This document shows positions 37,242 through 38,919 of a stretch of DNA of 38,919 bases, one piece after another. The stretch comes from Promethearchaeota archaeon (GTDB lineage Archaea; Asgardarchaeota; Lokiarchaeia; Sigyniarchaeales; SOKP01): contig JABCSY010000033.1 in NCBI GenBank assembly GCA_018238625.1, positions 1 to 38,919 on the forward strand, given 5' to 3'. The notes beneath the pieces are model-generated. The model did not search any database. It saw nothing but the letters and a program-made list of their open reading frames with translations, and was not told where the DNA came from. Every line of letters begins with the position of its first letter. The first letter of the stretch is position 1. The position numbers were made by a program, and so were the translations under genes.

Positions 37242-38919
37242 ATGGGATTAAGCGGACAACCTATTTATATAATGCGGGAAGGTACTGAGAGAACTCGTGG
37301 AAGAGACGCAATGTCAAATAACATCGCAGCAGCTAAAATTATAGCTGAATCGGTGCGAACATCGTTAGGACCACGTGGAATGGATAAAATGCTCGTAGAT
37401 CAGTTTGGTGACGTAGTGATAACCAACGATGGAGCAACAATCTTAAAGGAGATCGATGTGCAACATCCTGCAGCAAAAATGATGGTCGAAGTTGCTAAAA
37501 CTCAAGATTCTGAAGTAGGCGATGGTACAACTACTTCTGTGATCCTTGCTGGTGAACTATTAAAGCGCGCAGAAAAACTTATAGAACAAAAGATTCACCC
37601 AACAGTTATTACTGAAGGATTCCGAAAAGCTGCTGAGAAAGCACTTGAAATCTTAGAAGAAATGTCAGTAAAAAGCGGAATTGACGATAAAGAAGGGTTA
37701 AAGAACGCTGCAATGACTTGTATGTCTTCTAAAATTGTTTCTGAATCAAAAGATATGCTAGCCGACATTTGTATCGAGGCAATTACTGCAATAGCAGAAA
37801 AAAGCGTAAATGGTGATTGGGTTGCTGATATCGACAAAGTTCAAATCCAAAAAAAGGAAGGAGAGTCAATTGACGATACTTCCCTTATTAAAGGGATTAT
37901 TTTGGACAAAGAAGTTGTTAGTCCAGGGATGCCAAAAATTGCTAAAGATGCTAAGATACTTCTGTTACAGAGCGCTATAGAAATTGAGAAAACAGAATTT
38001 GACGCTAAACTCCAAATAACGAGCCCAGAGCAAATTCAACAATTCCTTGACGAAGAAGAACGCATGCTTAGAACCATGGTTGAAAAAATCGTGAATTCAG
38101 GAGCAAATGTAGTAATCTGCCAGAAGGGAATTGACGATATGGCTCAACACTTCATCTCGAAAGCAGGTATCATGGCCATAAGACGCGTTAAAAAGTCTGA
38201 TTTAGAAAAACTCTCTAAAGCTACTGGTGGAATGATTTTTACTAACATCAACGATATAACTCAAGACAACTTGGGATTCGCTGGCTTAGTTGAAGAACGC
38301 AAAATAATGAACGATAGTTGGATTTTCATTGAAGAATGTAAAGAACCTAAATCCGTTGTAATTTTAATACGGGGTGGAACTGAACTTATTATTGACGAAG
38401 TTGATAGGGCAATCCACGACGCTTTATGTGTAGTAAGAGATGTTGTCGAAGATCAAAAGATTGTTGGTGGCGGTGGAGCTCCAGAAATTGAAGCGGCAAT
38501 TCAGTTAAGAAAATACGCGCAAACCCTAGGAGGACGCGAACAATTAGCTGTCGAAGTTTTTGCCGATGCATTAGATATTGTTCCGAAAACGCTAGCGGAA
38601 AACGCCGGATTAGACCAAATTGACGTGTTAATGAAATTAAGAGCTGCTCATCAAGCTGGTAAGAAGTTTGCTGCTCACGATTTAGAGACGGGTGAGATAG
38701 TCGACGATATGATGGCTATAGGCGTTGTAGAACCTACCGTAGTAAAAGTACAAGCGATAAAAAGTTCTACCGAAGCGGCCTCAATGATACTTCGGATCGA
38801 CGATGTTATCGCCGGAACCAAATCCGCAGGACCTCCTGGTGGAATGCCCCCTGGGATGGGTGGAATGCCCCCTGGCATGGGCGGGATGGGTGGAATGCCT
38901 CCTGGCATGGGAATGCCTC
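37242..38919 (+). CDS. ths: Thermosome (group II chaperonin) subunit, stop just beyond window
   Basis: Not in ORF track: [14 protein letters not shown]...[27 protein letters not shown]...GDGTTT...ILRIDD, GGM-rich tail. Confidence 0.98.
   Translation, partial: MGLSGQPIYIMREGTERTRGRDAMSNNIAAAKIIAESVRTSLGPRGMDKMLVDQFGDVVITNDGATILKEIDVQHPAAKMMVEVAKTQDSEVGDGTTTSVILAGELLKRAEKLIEQKIHPTVITEGFRKAAEKALEILEEMSVKSGIDDKEGLKNAAMTCMSSKIVSESKDMLADICIEAITAIAEKSVNGDWVADIDKVQIQKKEGESIDDTSLIKGIILDKEVVSPGMPKIAKDAKILLLQSAIEIEKTEFDAKLQITSPEQIQQFLDEEERMLRTMVEKIVNSGANVVICQKGIDDMAQHFISKAGIMAIRRVKKSDLEKLSKATGGMIFTNINDITQDNLGFAGLVEERKIMNDSWIFIEECKEPKSVVILIRGGTELIIDEVDRAIHDALCVVRDVVEDQKIVGGGGAPEIEAAIQLRKYAQTLGGREQLAVEVFADALDIVPKTLAENAGLDQIDVLMKLRAAHQAGKKFAAHDLETGEIVDDMMAIGVVEPTVVKVQAIKSSTEAASMILRIDDVIAGTKSAGPPGGMPPGMGGMPPGMGGMGGMPPGMGMP
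38829..38919 (+). repeat. Coding repeat (GGMPPGM)n tail of thermosome
   Basis: Repeated GGTGGAATGCCCCCTGG(G/C)ATG units. Confidence 0.85.

Noticed and set aside
37595-38908. Three - strand ORFs including a PGGIPP repeat protein
   Set aside because: Antisense shadows of the thermosome gene, which the track omitted because its stop lies outside the window
38829-38919. GC-rich tandem repeat at the window end
   Set aside because: Ordinary GGM-rich chaperonin tail; may explain an assembly break

Overview
AT-rich archaeal chromosomal segment, most likely Asgard archaea (Lokiarchaeia-like). The assignment rests on archaeal-type ThrRS, AspRS, RibK, RibL, Pth2 and thermosome genes, plus eukaryotic-signature-type genes: a Rab-like GTPase, a longin+wHTH protein, a JAMM/MPN protein, a gelsolin-like domain and eL38. 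Most of the window is housekeeping (translation, flavin, sugar-nucleotide and lipid genes) or lineage-specific membrane proteins. No CRISPR, tRNA or transposase was seen. The main observation is an ORF-free ~495-nt element at 27665-28159 (+). It has its own TATA box, a 12-bp closing helix and a T11 terminator, and carries 5S rRNA core motifs (helix II, helix III/loop C, loop E, helices IV/V) separated by large structured insertions, i.e. a candidate ~4x supersized 5S rRNA. Also noted: a duplicated promoter/operator palindrome upstream of the Rab gene, a membrane-anchored gelsolin-like protein, three probable CTG/ATT/ATC start codons, four genes missing from the ORF track, and a probable chimeric junction near position 230. 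All calls come from reading motifs by eye; no searches or folding programs were run.
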